A stretch of DNA of 64,000 nt from Alphaproteobacteria bacterium (GTDB lineage Bacteria; Pseudomonadota; Alphaproteobacteria; UBA6615): NCBI GenBank assembly GCA_021774445.1, contig JAJFJA010000005.1, positions 73,790 through 137,789 on the forward strand. Reading direction: 5' to 3'. The number at the start of each line of letters is the position of its first letter. Within the stretch, counting starts at the first letter, position 1. The translations under genes were made by a program, and so were the position numbers. The notes below the pieces were generated by a model. It saw only the letters and a program-made list of their open reading frames with translations. It searched no databases and was not told the DNA's origin. Shown in pieces: positions 9,293 to 18,490 of this stretch.

Positions 9293-10426
9293 CTAGGTCG
9301 GTCCCTCCAACTCCATTTTGAGTGCGAAGAGCTCCAGCATGTCTTTGAGCGTGATAATGCCGACCAGCCGTTCGCCGTCCACGACCATCAATCGACTCGT
9401 GGCGTTCCGGCGCATCGTCGCCATGGCCTTCACTGAATCGGTGTCGGCCGGGATGGTATTCTCCGGTGTGCGGCGCACCAAAACCTCGCCAACCCTCGCG
9501 ATGCTCCAATCCTCCCGGGGTACGGCCTTGATTTGGCGCGTACCGATGAACCCGATCAAGCGACCCGAGTCGACCACCGGATAAAGGCCATGATGGGATT
9601 GATAGAGGTAATTCACGACAAACGAGTCGAGCGTCGCCGTCGGGTCGACCGTGACCGGGTTCGGTGTCATGAAACGGCGCACTGGCTCGCCCTCGAAGGC
9701 GCGCTTGCTAAGAAGTTGCACGTAGGAGGCACGCGCGGCGCCGTTGAGGAACAAACCGATCAAAAACCACCACATACCGCCGACAAAGTTACCGGTAACC
9801 ACATTGACCGCGCCGAACGCCATGAGAATCGCACCAAAGGTCTCGCCCGAGCGGCTGGCAATCCTCGTGGCCGCCCGGAGGTCGCCCTTGAAGTGCCAGA
9901 GCGCGGCGCGCAGCATCCGCCCACCGTCCAGAGGGAACGCAGGTAGCAGGTTGAAGGCCGCGAGGAGGGTGTTGATCAACGCGAGGTAGTCTAGGATACC
10001 AAGCACCGCAGCCGGCAGCCCTCGGGCCATGCCGACAATGGCCATCACGTAGAACGCCAGGGCAAACACGCCGCTGGCGATCGGCCCGGCCACGGCCATG
10101 AGGAACTCAACCCTAGGGCTCGCGGGCTCTTCCTCCATCTCGGCAACGCCGCCGAAGATAAACAATGTAATGCCCCCGATCGGCAGGCCAAAGCGGCGCG
10201 CCACGAGCGAGTGAGACAATTCGTGGAAGATGAGCGAGAAAACCAAGCCAATCATACCGGCGACCGCCATCCACCAGTACGTGATGGGACTCAAACCCTC
10301 GTACCAGGACGGAAAGAGACCCTTGGCCAGGGACCAGGTTACGAGCAAGGCAAGAAACAGCCAGCTCGCGTCAATCTGAACCTTGAAGCCTAGTATCTCG
10401 AACAGAACGAAGCGTTTTCCGAGCAT
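9293..10426 (-). CDS. site-2 protease (M50) with C-terminal CBS pair
   Basis: HELSH zinc motif, AVAGP, FNLLPAFPLDGGR, hydrophobic helices, tandem CBS domains. Confidence 0.93.
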   Translation of the reverse strand: MLGKRFVLFEILGFKVQIDASWLFLALLVTWSLAKGLFPSWYEGLSPITYWWMAVAGMIGLVFSLIFHELSHSLVARRFGLPIGGITLFIFGGVAEMEEEPASPRVEFLMAVAGPIASGVFALAFYVMAIVGMARGLPAAVLGILDYLALINTLLAAFNLLPAFPLDGGRMLRAALWHFKGDLRAATRIASRSGETFGAILMAFGAVNVVTGNFVGGMWWFLIGLFLNGAARASYVQLLSKRAFEGEPVRRFMTPNPVTVDPTATLDSFVVNYLYQSHHGLYPVVDSGRLIGFIGTRQIKAVPREDWSIARVGEVLVRRTPENTIPADTDSVKAMATMRRNATSRLMVVDGERLVGIITLKDMLELFALKMELEGPT

Positions 10427-10594
10427 GATCCCGCGATTTCCGCACCCTTATTAGTCCGGAACAACCCATTTTGCCGGCCGGCGGGCTAACTCAGCACCCA
10501 TTAGGCGCACCCCGCCGGTGGCCAGCCGCCGACGCAACCAATCGGAAGCCGTTGCCATGGTCTAACTTGTTCCCTTTGAGCCTGGACCGGGGCT

Positions 10595-13018
10595 TCAGCC
10601 CGAGACTACCGCCAATTCGTCAGCCTCGTCCGCGGTTGGTCCCGTCCCACCGAACGCGGCAGCGAGCGCATCATCGACGCGATCCAACCAGACGAACCGG
10701 ACCTGATTACGCGCCGCCTCGGGCACGTCCTCCAGATCCTTTTTGTTGCGCGCCGGTAAGAGGACCGTCGTGATCCCGGCTCGGGCAGCGGCCAGAACCT
10801 TTTCCTTCACCCCACCGATGGGCAGGACGAGACCACGGAGCGAGATTTCGCCCGTCATCGCCATGTCGTTTCGTACCGTCTTGCCCGTCAGCAGTGAGAC
10901 CAGCGCGGTGTACATGGCGACGCCGGCGCTTGGCCCATCTTTCGGAATGGCACCCGCCGGCACGTGCACGTGAACGTCGCTTTTTTCGAAGCTATCGGGA
11001 TCGATACCGAGTCCGCCGGCACGTGCCTTCACCAGGCTGAGCGCGGCCTGCGCGCTTTCCTTCATCACGTCGCCTAGCTGACCTGTGAGGATAAGCCGGC
11101 CGCGCCCCGGCACCCGCGCGGCCTCGACGAATAGGATGTCGCCGCCTACCGGAGTCCAGGCGAGACCGGTCGCGACGCCCGGCACACTGGTACGCATCGC
11201 CACTTCACTCTCGAATTTGGCCGCGCCCAGGATTGCCTGCAGATCGCTTGCCTCTATCCGCACCTTCTCGGCCGCACCTTCTGCGATGCGCACCGCGGCG
11301 TTGCGGCAAACAGCACCGATCTCGCGCTCGAGATTGCGCACGCCTGCCTCCCGCGTATAGTCGGCGACGATTGCGCGAAGCGCCGCTGCTGTGATCTCAT
11401 ACTGCTCCGCGGTGAGCCCGTTCGCCGTTCGCTGGCGCGCGACAAGATAGCGTTTGGCTATCTCGACCTTTTCGTCCTCCGTGTAGCCCGGTATCTCAAT
11501 GACCTCCATCCGGTCACGCAAGGGGCCGGGGATGCTGTCGAGCACATTCGCCGTTCCGACGAAAATTGCCTTGGACAGATCAAATGGTACGCCAAGATAA
11601 TTGTCGCGGAAGGTCGAGTTCTGCTCCGGGTCGAGTACCTCGAGCAGCGCCGCCGACGGGTCCCCCTGGAACCCCGCGCCGAGCTTATCCATTTCGTCGA
11701 GCATGAAGACGGGATCGCGAGCGCCAGCCTTGCGCACTGCCTGGACGACATTGCCGGGCAGGGCGCCAATATAGGTGCGGCGGTGTCCGCGAATCTCGGC
11801 CTCGTCATGGACACCACCCAGGCTAACGCGGACGAACTTGCGGCCCATCGCACGGGCGATGCTCTGGCCAAGCGAGGTCTTACCGACACCGGGCGGTCCG
11901 ACGAAACAGAGGATCGGGGCCTTTCCTTCAGCGCTCAGCTTGCGTACCGCGAGGTATTCGATAATGCGCCGTTTAATCTTCTCAAGCCCGTAATGGTCTT
12001 CGTCTAGGATTCGGCGGGCCTCGGCGATATCGATCTTCTCCTCGGTCGTTACCGACCATGGCAGCTCGATCAGCCAATCGAGATAGGTCCGAACCATCCC
12101 ATGTTCGGTAGCTCCTTCCGGCATACGTTCCAGGCGCTTAAGTTCCTTCTTCGCTTGATCCTCTGCTTCAGGAGGCATACCGGCCTTCTCGATCGCCTCG
12201 CTGAGCTCGGCGATCTCTTCCGCGTGCTCACCCGTTTCACCGAGCTCCCGTTGGATCGTACGGAGCTGCTCGCGCAGGATATGCTCGCGCTGCCGGGCGG
12301 AAATTGTCTCCTGCGTCTCCGCGCCGATCTTTTTGGAAAGCTTGAGCACTTCAAGGCGGTGCGACAGCACCTCGAGCACCTTGTTCAGACGCACGCCGAC
12401 ATCGAGAATCTCCAGCAAATCCTGCTTCTCGGCCGGCGCGATATCTATGATACTGGCCACGAAATCGGCGAGCGCAGACGCGGACGTCAGATTATTGACC
12501 ACGCCAGCGACCTCCTGCGGCATGCCGGGCAGAAGGTCGATCGCTTCACGCGCCCGCTCTTTCAAGATAATCAGACGTGCCTCAATCTCCGGCGAAAGCA
12601 CCTCGGGCTCTTCGATTTCCTCGATGCGGGCGACCGGAAACGGCCAGCCCTCAAGGAACTCGATTGTGCGGAAACGGCGTTCTCCGCTGCACACCACATG
12701 ATGCCCACCGTCGGGCATGGTAACGTAACGCAAAATCTCGGCGACCGTGCCCATGGTGTGGAGATCGTCGGGGCCGGGCACGTCGAGCGCGGAATCACGC
12801 TGCAGTATGATGCCGAGCGGCCGGTCGCTGCCAGCCGCCTCCTGAGCCGCAGCAATGGATTGCGGCCGGCCGATCGAAAGTGGCAACACTATACCGGGGA
12901 AAAGCACCATATTGCGGACGGGAAGGACGATTATGGCACCTTGCGGAATAGGCGGCATATCGCGTTTCCCGCGTGGTGTCCCCTCGACCTCCGTTTTTCC
13001 TTCTGCTGTGTCGTTCAT
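10595..13018 (-). CDS. lon: ATP-dependent protease La (Lon)
   Basis: LON N domain, GPPGVGKTS Walker A, LDEMDK, PKDGPSAG catalytic Ser. Confidence 0.96.
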   Translation of the reverse strand: MNDTAEGKTEVEGTPRGKRDMPPIPQGAIIVLPVRNMVLFPGIVLPLSIGRPQSIAAAQEAAGSDRPLGIILQRDSALDVPGPDDLHTMGTVAEILRYVTMPDGGHHVVCSGERRFRTIEFLEGWPFPVARIEEIEEPEVLSPEIEARLIILKERAREAIDLLPGMPQEVAGVVNNLTSASALADFVASIIDIAPAEKQDLLEILDVGVRLNKVLEVLSHRLEVLKLSKKIGAETQETISARQREHILREQLRTIQRELGETGEHAEEIAELSEAIEKAGMPPEAEDQAKKELKRLERMPEGATEHGMVRTYLDWLIELPWSVTTEEKIDIAEARRILDEDHYGLEKIKRRIIEYLAVRKLSAEGKAPILCFVGPPGVGKTSLGQSIARAMGRKFVRVSLGGVHDEAEIRGHRRTYIGALPGNVVQAVRKAGARDPVFMLDEMDKLGAGFQGDPSAALLEVLDPEQNSTFRDNYLGVPFDLSKAIFVGTANVLDSIPGPLRDRMEVIEIPGYTEDEKVEIAKRYLVARQRTANGLTAEQYEITAAALRAIVADYTREAGVRNLEREIGAVCRNAAVRIAEGAAEKVRIEASDLQAILGAAKFESEVAMRTSVPGVATGLAWTPVGGDILFVEAARVPGRGRLILTGQLGDVMKESAQAALSLVKARAGGLGIDPDSFEKSDVHVHVPAGAIPKDGPSAGVAMYTALVSLLTGKTVRNDMAMTGEISLRGLVLPIGGVKEKVLAAARAGITTVLLPARNKKDLEDVPEAARNQVRFVWLDRVDDALAAAFGGTGPTADEADELAVVSG

Positions 13019-13034
13019 GGTGACCGGCTCTGTG

Positions 13035-13433
13035 TCATTCTTCCTTGTGAAGGTGCAGGATCAGACAGCCGTTGACGAATTCACTTCGGCCTACCTGCCA
13101 ACGTCGAACCGGCAATGGAATACGTCGCTCGAACCGACCATGCGGCAGCTCAATCCGATGGATCGCCGCGCCACGGGCTTCCGGCGGCAACCTCCGTCGT
13201 CCGGCAACTATCAACGTGCCGTCCTCAACGATCAGGTCCACGTCGTCCGGACGCACACCCAGCAGCGCCACAGTCACGCACAGCTCGCGCTCGAATTCAA
13301 AGATGTCGACTGGCGGCTGCCAAGCCGTCCCGGCGCGGTTTGGCTCGAAGAACTGCCGCTGCAAGCGCTCAGCCCGCTCAACCAGCATGCAGGCCTCTGC
13401 CCACATCCAGCTTCGGGGATCACGCGAAGACAT
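13035..13433 (-). CDS. Hsp20/alpha-crystallin family small heat shock protein
   Basis: WQPPVDIFE, ALLGV, RIELPHGRFERRIPLP, NGCLILHL; lies directly upstream of lon. Confidence 0.88.
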   Translation of the reverse strand: MSSRDPRSWMWAEACMLVERAERLQRQFFEPNRAGTAWQPPVDIFEFERELCVTVALLGVRPDDVDLIVEDGTLIVAGRRRLPPEARGAAIHRIELPHGRFERRIPLPVRRWQVGRSEFVNGCLILHLHKEE

Positions 13434-13547
13434 CAGTGCTTTCCCGTTTGCGCATCGAGGGGGCAATGCTCCAATTGATCATCCGAGCGGCTTTGTGCAA
13501 GATCTTGCGCGCGAGAAATCGTTCCTCCAACGATCAGTCATTCGCCG

Positions 13548-13589
13548 ACTTTATCGGGATATTCTTACGACCAATCTGACCTAGATCAG
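13548..13589 (-). promoter_or_regulatory. FNR/FixK-like box CTGACCTAGATCAG (13576-13589) plus -10 TAAAGT (13553-13548) for hsp20-lon
   Basis: Degenerate palindromic box at the same box-to-(-10) spacing as the 9139 and 13684 sites. Confidence 0.55.
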
Positions 13590-13683
13590 TTGAATCTGGA
13601 TCGACAGAAATCGTTCAGAACCCCATCGACACGTCAGGCGGACGACGACGGAATCGTGCGCGGCCAGGGCGTTGCGCGGTGGC

Positions 13684-13725
13684 TTGCGCTGGATCAAGGC
13701 GCTCAGCGTCCTGTGCCCGCAGAAT
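13684..13725 (+). promoter_or_regulatory. FixK-type box TTGCGCTGGATCAA (13684-13697) plus -10 CAGAAT (13720-13725)
   Basis: TTG-N8-CAA with a perfect ATCAA half-site, centred about -41.5 from the predicted TSS (about 13732). Confidence 0.7.
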
Positions 13726-13849
13726 GTCAATTCTGGGTCTTCGACGAGCCTGTCCGGCGCCTTCAAGGGGGCACTGTTAGAAGACGAAAGACGGAGGGAA
13801 TATTGCATTTCGGCACCCTTGCGAAGCCGAGGGACGGCAGCCCGCCTCG

Positions 13850-14125
13850 CGAGAATGTTCGGACGTTCCGAATCTCACCGACCGGGCTCATCGCCGATCT
13901 AGCTTTGCCGCCTTCTGCAAAGGGTGTCGTCCTTTTCGCGGCTGGCACTGTGAGCGGCCGACTGAGCCCCCGTAACCAGATGTCGCCATGGGTCCGCGAG
14001 GACGGGGCTCACGACCTTGCATTTCGGTTTTCTCTACACCGGAAGAGACGGTCGACCGCGCACGTGTTTACGATATCGGGCGGCTGGCCGAACGGCTTGT
14101 GTCGGCCCCGCGGTGGATTTGGCAG
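13850..14125 (+). pseudogene. dienelactone hydrolase-like (alpha/beta hydrolase) fragment, frameshifted and truncated
   Basis: ADLALPPSAKGVVLFAAGTVSGRLSPRNQ in one frame and TPEETVDRARVYDIGRLAERL in another match the GVVLFAHGSGSSRxSPRN...FDIxLLAxRL family; boundaries approximate. Confidence 0.7.
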
Positions 14126-14193
14126 AAGGACGAGTACCATGGGCGAGCTTGTGCGGGCATGGTTCCTCGACCACTGACAAAGGATAAAATGCC

Positions 14194-14922
14194 ATGACGA
14201 TTTTCGCCAACCGAGAAGAGGCAGCAAGACAGCTTGCCGATAGGCTCATGCCGTTCAAGGACGCTGATCCGGTTGTCCTCGCTTTACCACGCGGCGGGGT
14301 GCCGATCGGGTTCGAAGTAGCCAAGGCGCTCGAGGCGCCCCTCGACCTGGTACTCGTCCGCAAAATCGGTGCGCCCTTTCAACCTGAACTCGCCGTTGGC
14401 GCGGTCGTGGATGGCCCGCATGCCGAGACCGTGATCAATGATCAGATTGTGCAGGCTCTGGGTATCCCGCAAAGCTACATCACGCAGGAGTGCACGCGGC
14501 AGCTGGAGGAAATCGAGCGACGCCGGGAGACCTACCGCGCTGGGCGGTCGCGGGTCGATTTGGCGCAAAAGACCGTAATCGTCGTCGACGACGGGATCGC
14601 AACCGGGGCCACGGTGCAGGCCGCTCTGCACGCCGTAAAGCGGACAAAGTTGCGCCGGCTAGTGCTTGCAGTTCCGGTTGCCCCCCGCGATATCGCGGCG
14701 GCACTGCGTGAAGAGGTAGACGATTTCATCTGCCTCGTGATCCCGCCCAATTTGGGCGGGATCAGCAGTTTCTATATCGACTTTCACCAAGTATCCGACG
14801 ACGAAGTCGTCGAGATGCTGCGTCGGAGTTCCGCCACGGAACGGATAGACGGCGCGCCGCCCGAGCCGTTGGTCGCTCCAAAGGCCACGGCGGCACGCCG
14901 TGCACCGAACGCAGTGCGGTAG
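14194..14922 (+). CDS. phosphoribosyltransferase family protein
   Basis: FANREEAARQLA, LALPRGGVP, VRKIGAP, VVDDGIATG PRPP loop. Confidence 0.92.
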   Translation: MTIFANREEAARQLADRLMPFKDADPVVLALPRGGVPIGFEVAKALEAPLDLVLVRKIGAPFQPELAVGAVVDGPHAETVINDQIVQALGIPQSYITQECTRQLEEIERRRETYRAGRSRVDLAQKTVIVVDDGIATGATVQAALHAVKRTKLRRLVLAVPVAPRDIAAALREEVDDFICLVIPPNLGGISSFYIDFHQVSDDEVVEMLRRSSATERIDGAPPEPLVAPKATAARRAPNAVR

Positions 14923-14940
14923 TCCATTTAGGATCTAACG

Positions 14941-15918
14941 ATGCTCATATTTGCTCTGAATTCGAGCCGGATGTTCGGCAAGCGCGTCGCCTCGTCGCTC
15001 GGTATCCCGCTTAGCCCGCATGAAGAGCGGGACTTCGAGGACGGTGAGCACAAGGCACGCCCGCTCGTCAGTGTGCGTGGCCGCGATGTCTACGTAATAC
15101 AAAGCCTGTTCGGCGATGCGACGGAAACCGTAAACGATAAGATCTGTCGCCTCCTCTTCTTCCTTGGCGCGATGCGAGAGGGCGGCGCGGCACGTGTGAC
15201 CGCCGTCATCCCCTACTTCGCCTACGCCCGCAAGGACCGCCAGACCAAGCCCCGCGATCCCGTCACGACACGATATATGGCCTTGCTACTGGAGGCGATG
15301 GGAACCGATATCGTGATGACCCTGGACATCCATAACATCGTCGCCTTTCAGAACGCCCTCCGCTGCCGAACCGAGCATCTCGACACGCGGCGCCTTTTCG
15401 CGGATCACATGTTGGAGCGCATCGGGGATGACCCCGTTGTAGTAGCCTCGCCGGATCCGGGCGGTGTGAAGCGCGCCCAACTCTTCCAGGAAATGTTCGA
15501 GCAGATGATCGGCCGTGGCGTCGGAAATGCCTTTATGGAAAAGCGCCGCAGCGCGGGTATCGTGACCGGCAGTCTGCTCGTCGGTGATGTGAAGGATGCC
15601 GTCGTGCTCGTGATCGACGACCTCATCGGCACGGGCGGAACCATGCTGCGGGCGGCAGAGGCATGCCTGGAACGGGGCGCGCGCCAGGTCTATGCGCTTG
15701 CGGCCCACGGCCTGTTCGTCGGTGATGCTGGAAAGTTGATTGCCGATCCGCGCCTTGCGAAGACCATCGTCACGGACACTGTTCCGCCGTTTCGGCTCGA
15801 TCCGGGCATTGCTGAAAAGTATGTCGAGGTCGTCAGCGCCGCGCCGCTCTTCGCCGAGGCCATCAAACGCTGCCACGAGGGGGGCTCGATTGTCGAACTG
15901 CTTGAGGGACAATCCTGA
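14941..15918 (+). CDS. prs: ribose-phosphate pyrophosphokinase
   Basis: FEDGE, PYFAYARKDR, SPDPGGVKRA, IDDLIGTGGT, AAHGLF. Confidence 0.9.
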   Translation: MLIFALNSSRMFGKRVASSLGIPLSPHEERDFEDGEHKARPLVSVRGRDVYVIQSLFGDATETVNDKICRLLFFLGAMREGGAARVTAVIPYFAYARKDRQTKPRDPVTTRYMALLLEAMGTDIVMTLDIHNIVAFQNALRCRTEHLDTRRLFADHMLERIGDDPVVVASPDPGGVKRAQLFQEMFEQMIGRGVGNAFMEKRRSAGIVTGSLLVGDVKDAVVLVIDDLIGTGGTMLRAAEACLERGARQVYALAAHGLFVGDAGKLIADPRLAKTIVTDTVPPFRLDPGIAEKYVEVVSAAPLFAEAIKRCHEGGSIVELLEGQS

Positions 15919-16936
15919 TACTCGCCCGCTCGGCGATGGCGAGATATTGCTTGGCCAGCGGCACCCATTTTTCCGGTTCGCGCAATTCCCGTTCGAGCAA
16001 ATGGGCAAGCGCTAAACGCGCCCGAAGCGATCCACGAAAGGCAGTGTAGAAAGCAATGAGCCGGTCGGATGGCGCGCCACCCAGCGCGCGACCGCATCGC
16101 TCGGCGACAAGATCGTCGATCCAAGCCGCCCCCAGCCGCGCGCACTCAAGTCCGAGAAAGGCCAGCTCGTCGAATGGATCGACGAGGCGGAGCCTTTGGC
16201 TGAACTCCAGGCAATCGATGACGACGGGCGGATCCTGAAGACAGATGTGTTCTGGCCGCAGATCGCCATGGCCCTCGACGACGAAACCTTCGCGCACGCG
16301 CTCGGCGAGGGCTAGCGACTCCTCAGTGATGAAATCCCCGGTCGCTTTCAACACGAAGCTCACTGTTTTGTGCGGCAAATCGAACGATGGCATTGTCAGG
16401 ACCGATTCGTTCTTTGCCTGCTCGTCGGCGAACTTCGCCACGTATTCCTGTGGCGTCAGATCGGCCGGCTTGGCGCTTCGATAAAACGCGGCGAGGAGTG
16501 CCGCGACCTTTTCCGCCGCCGCCCGGGTAACCGTCCCGTGCTCGATTGCCTGATCCAGCATGCGATCCGCCGGCAGACGGCGCATCTTGACGAGCCAGTC
16601 GACCACCCGGCCCGCGCCATTCAAGGCAAGCCTTGCGTCCGGCTCGAGGGTGAGGGTGACGACGCCGAGATAGACGCCCGGCGCGAGCCGTTGATTGAGG
16701 TGAACCTCTGCGCGGCAATCGGCTTCGCGTGCCGCAATCGTACTGAAATCGAGGAAAGGATATTTGACCGGCTTCTTGAGCTTGTAGACGGTGTTCCCCG
16801 CCATGAAGACCCAAGACATATGTGTCTCTTTGACTTCCACCTGAACGGGGCAACCGGTATAGGCCGTGCTTGTACTCAGGAAGTCCACCTTCTCCTGTGT
16901 ACCGACAGCCCGGACACGGCTCGATCGAGACTGCAT
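15863..16936 (-). CDS. aminoglycoside phosphotransferase-like kinase domain protein (Rv2004c N-domain type, no AAA tail)
   Basis: ETHMSWVF, YKLKKPV, FLDFST, EVHLNQRLAPGVY, EGHGDLRPEH, IDCLEF. Confidence 0.85.
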   Translation of the reverse strand: MQSRSSRVRAVGTQEKVDFLSTSTAYTGCPVQVEVKETHMSWVFMAGNTVYKLKKPVKYPFLDFSTIAAREADCRAEVHLNQRLAPGVYLGVVTLTLEPDARLALNGAGRVVDWLVKMRRLPADRMLDQAIEHGTVTRAAAEKVAALLAAFYRSAKPADLTPQEYVAKFADEQAKNESVLTMPSFDLPHKTVSFVLKATGDFITEESLALAERVREGFVVEGHGDLRPEHICLQDPPVVIDCLEFSQRLRLVDPFDELAFLGLECARLGAAWIDDLVAERCGRALGGAPSDRLIAFYTAFRGSLRARLALAHLLERELREPEKWVPLAKQYLAIAERASIRIVPQAVRQSSPPRGSV

Positions 16937-17273
16937 CGGTCTCCGCGCATACGTTTAGGGTGATCCAACCTGAATATCTTACACCATATCCCTTCAGGCG
17001 GGGGCATTGTCGCGTTGTCCGAAGCTCGACGAACGGAACCCGTTAGAACCGCTCATTCACACTCCGACCGTCGCGTCGCTCCGTAGCCAACCAGTTTCGA
17101 AAATGCGAGGCAACACTTGAATCTATGCCGCCGAAACTTCCTATCCCCTGGGAAAGAAGGCCACCGGCCGCCTGCTCGATGGGCAGGAGTGGAACCAGTA
17201 CGCGGAACCGAGGCACTGAGGAAATTAGCACCAATTATTACCTTTACGAAAGACCTTGCGAACATTGCGGCCA

Positions 17274-17302
17274 CGGCGATGTCGGCGATGTCGGCGATGT
17301 CG
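17274..17302. repeat. tandem 9-mer (CGGCGATGT)x3
   Basis: Seen directly in an intergenic region. Confidence 0.85.
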
Positions 17303-17492
17303 ACCGCAAACCGGCGGTATCGGCAATGCGTGAAATACGCTTGACCGGCGCTTCTCGAGGCTTCGAATGACTATTACGCCCGGGTCGAGTTCCGCATGGC
17401 CGACAGTAATCGCAGGGGCTTCGAGGATACGCGCGCCTTTAGAAGTTCCTAGGGTGTTCCTAAGATTTGCGCGCTGTAGCGTAAGTCTTTGA

Positions 17493-17547
17493 TGAGCGAC
17501 CTGAGAGATAGGTGACAACTTGTACCGGAGACATGGGTAACACTTTT
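17493..17547 (-). mobile_element. IS481-like element terminal remnant
   Basis: Reverse complement AAGTGTTACCCATGTCTCCGGTACAAGTTGTCACCTATCTCTCAGGTCGCTCA has the tandem subterminal repeats and CA end typical of IS481-type ends. Confidence 0.55.
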
Positions 17548-17559
17548 TGGCTTTTGCCG

Positions 17560-18236
17560 GGAGGTGTTGATGCCGAGTGCTATTGTGAGATCCTGGGTAT
17601 CTGCGACGGAGCGAAGGAATACAGGTTCGGCTGGTCGGCGTTCCTGCGTCATCTGGTCGATCGCGGCCTCAGCGGCGTTCAGCTGATCAAATGCGATGCT
17701 TGCCCGGCTTGGTGGAGAGCATCGCCGAGTACCTGCCCGACGCCCGGTGGCAACGTTGCATAGTGCACTTTTACCGCAACGTCTTAAGCCAGTTGCTGTC
17801 AAGCAAGGTGCGCGAGGTGAGCCATCGGCTCAAGGCGATCCACTCCCAGGAGAGTCGGCCGGCAGCACACTACAAGGCCGCAGCGGTTATCGCCGAGCTA
17901 GGCCGCCAGCGACTGACCCGGGCAGCAGAGTTGATCGAGCAAAGCATCGCCGAGACGCTGACCTATTACGCCTTCCCCGACGGGCACTGGCGCAAGTTCA
18001 GGACCAACAATCCGCTGGAGAGGATCATGAAGGACAGCCGCCGACGAACGCTCGTTGTCGGCGCCTTCCCCGGTGGGCAGTCGTGCTTGAACCTCGCCGC
18101 CGCCAGACTGAGGCACATCGCCGGCTGCCATTAGTACACCCGCAAATTCATGAACATGAAGCCGCTCTATGCCGGGCAAACCTCAACCACCGGAGCCGTC
18201 GCCTGATCAAATGTGCGAAAGATTCTGGACACAACC
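17560..18236 (+). mobile_element. IS256-family transposase remnant (5'-truncated, frameshifted) with right terminal IR
   Basis: WSAFLRHLVDRGLSGVQL, frameshift, then WQRCIVHFYRN...RTNNPLER...VVGAFP; internal stop at 18134; IR-like GTGCGAAAGATTCTGGACACAACC at about 18213-18236. Confidence 0.88.
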
Positions 18237-18414
18237 TCTAGGGCATCATCCATTGCGCCGTGACGTGCTGAAGCAGCCCGTACCACTCCGCTTCACGAAC
18301 AGCTCGTTTCTGAAGCGCGGCAGGAACCTTTCGCATTCGCGTGACAGCACGCGGGTCCGGGCGGTGGCAACCCGGCTTTTGGAAGCCGGCACCGATGGAC
18401 TGCAGCGACATTTC

Positions 18415-18490
18415 GTGACCCCAGCTGTGACCCGAGACGCACACTTCCCTGCCTCTAAGTGAGATCGTCCCTTTAAGTCTTTGTTTTTAT
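18415..18490. other. putative att-site arm next to the tRNA 3' end
   Basis: GTGACCC direct repeats (18415, 18427) and IHF-like TAAGTCTTTGTT (18474-18485) immediately before the tRNA CCA end. Confidence 0.45.

Noticed and set aside
12101..13075. 324-aa ORF antisense to lon, and similar long antisense ORFs elsewhere
   Set aside because: Shadow ORFs expected in high-GC coding DNA
17274..17302. Tandem repeat as a possible CRISPR or iteron
   Set aside because: Three 9-mers with no spacers and no cas or rep genes; simple slippage
17451..17474. Possible left IR of the IS256 element
   Set aside because: Only loose similarity to the right IR and no target-site duplication found
18238..18444. Short ORF beside the tRNA as an integrase remnant
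   Set aside because: No recognisable tyrosine-recombinase motifs
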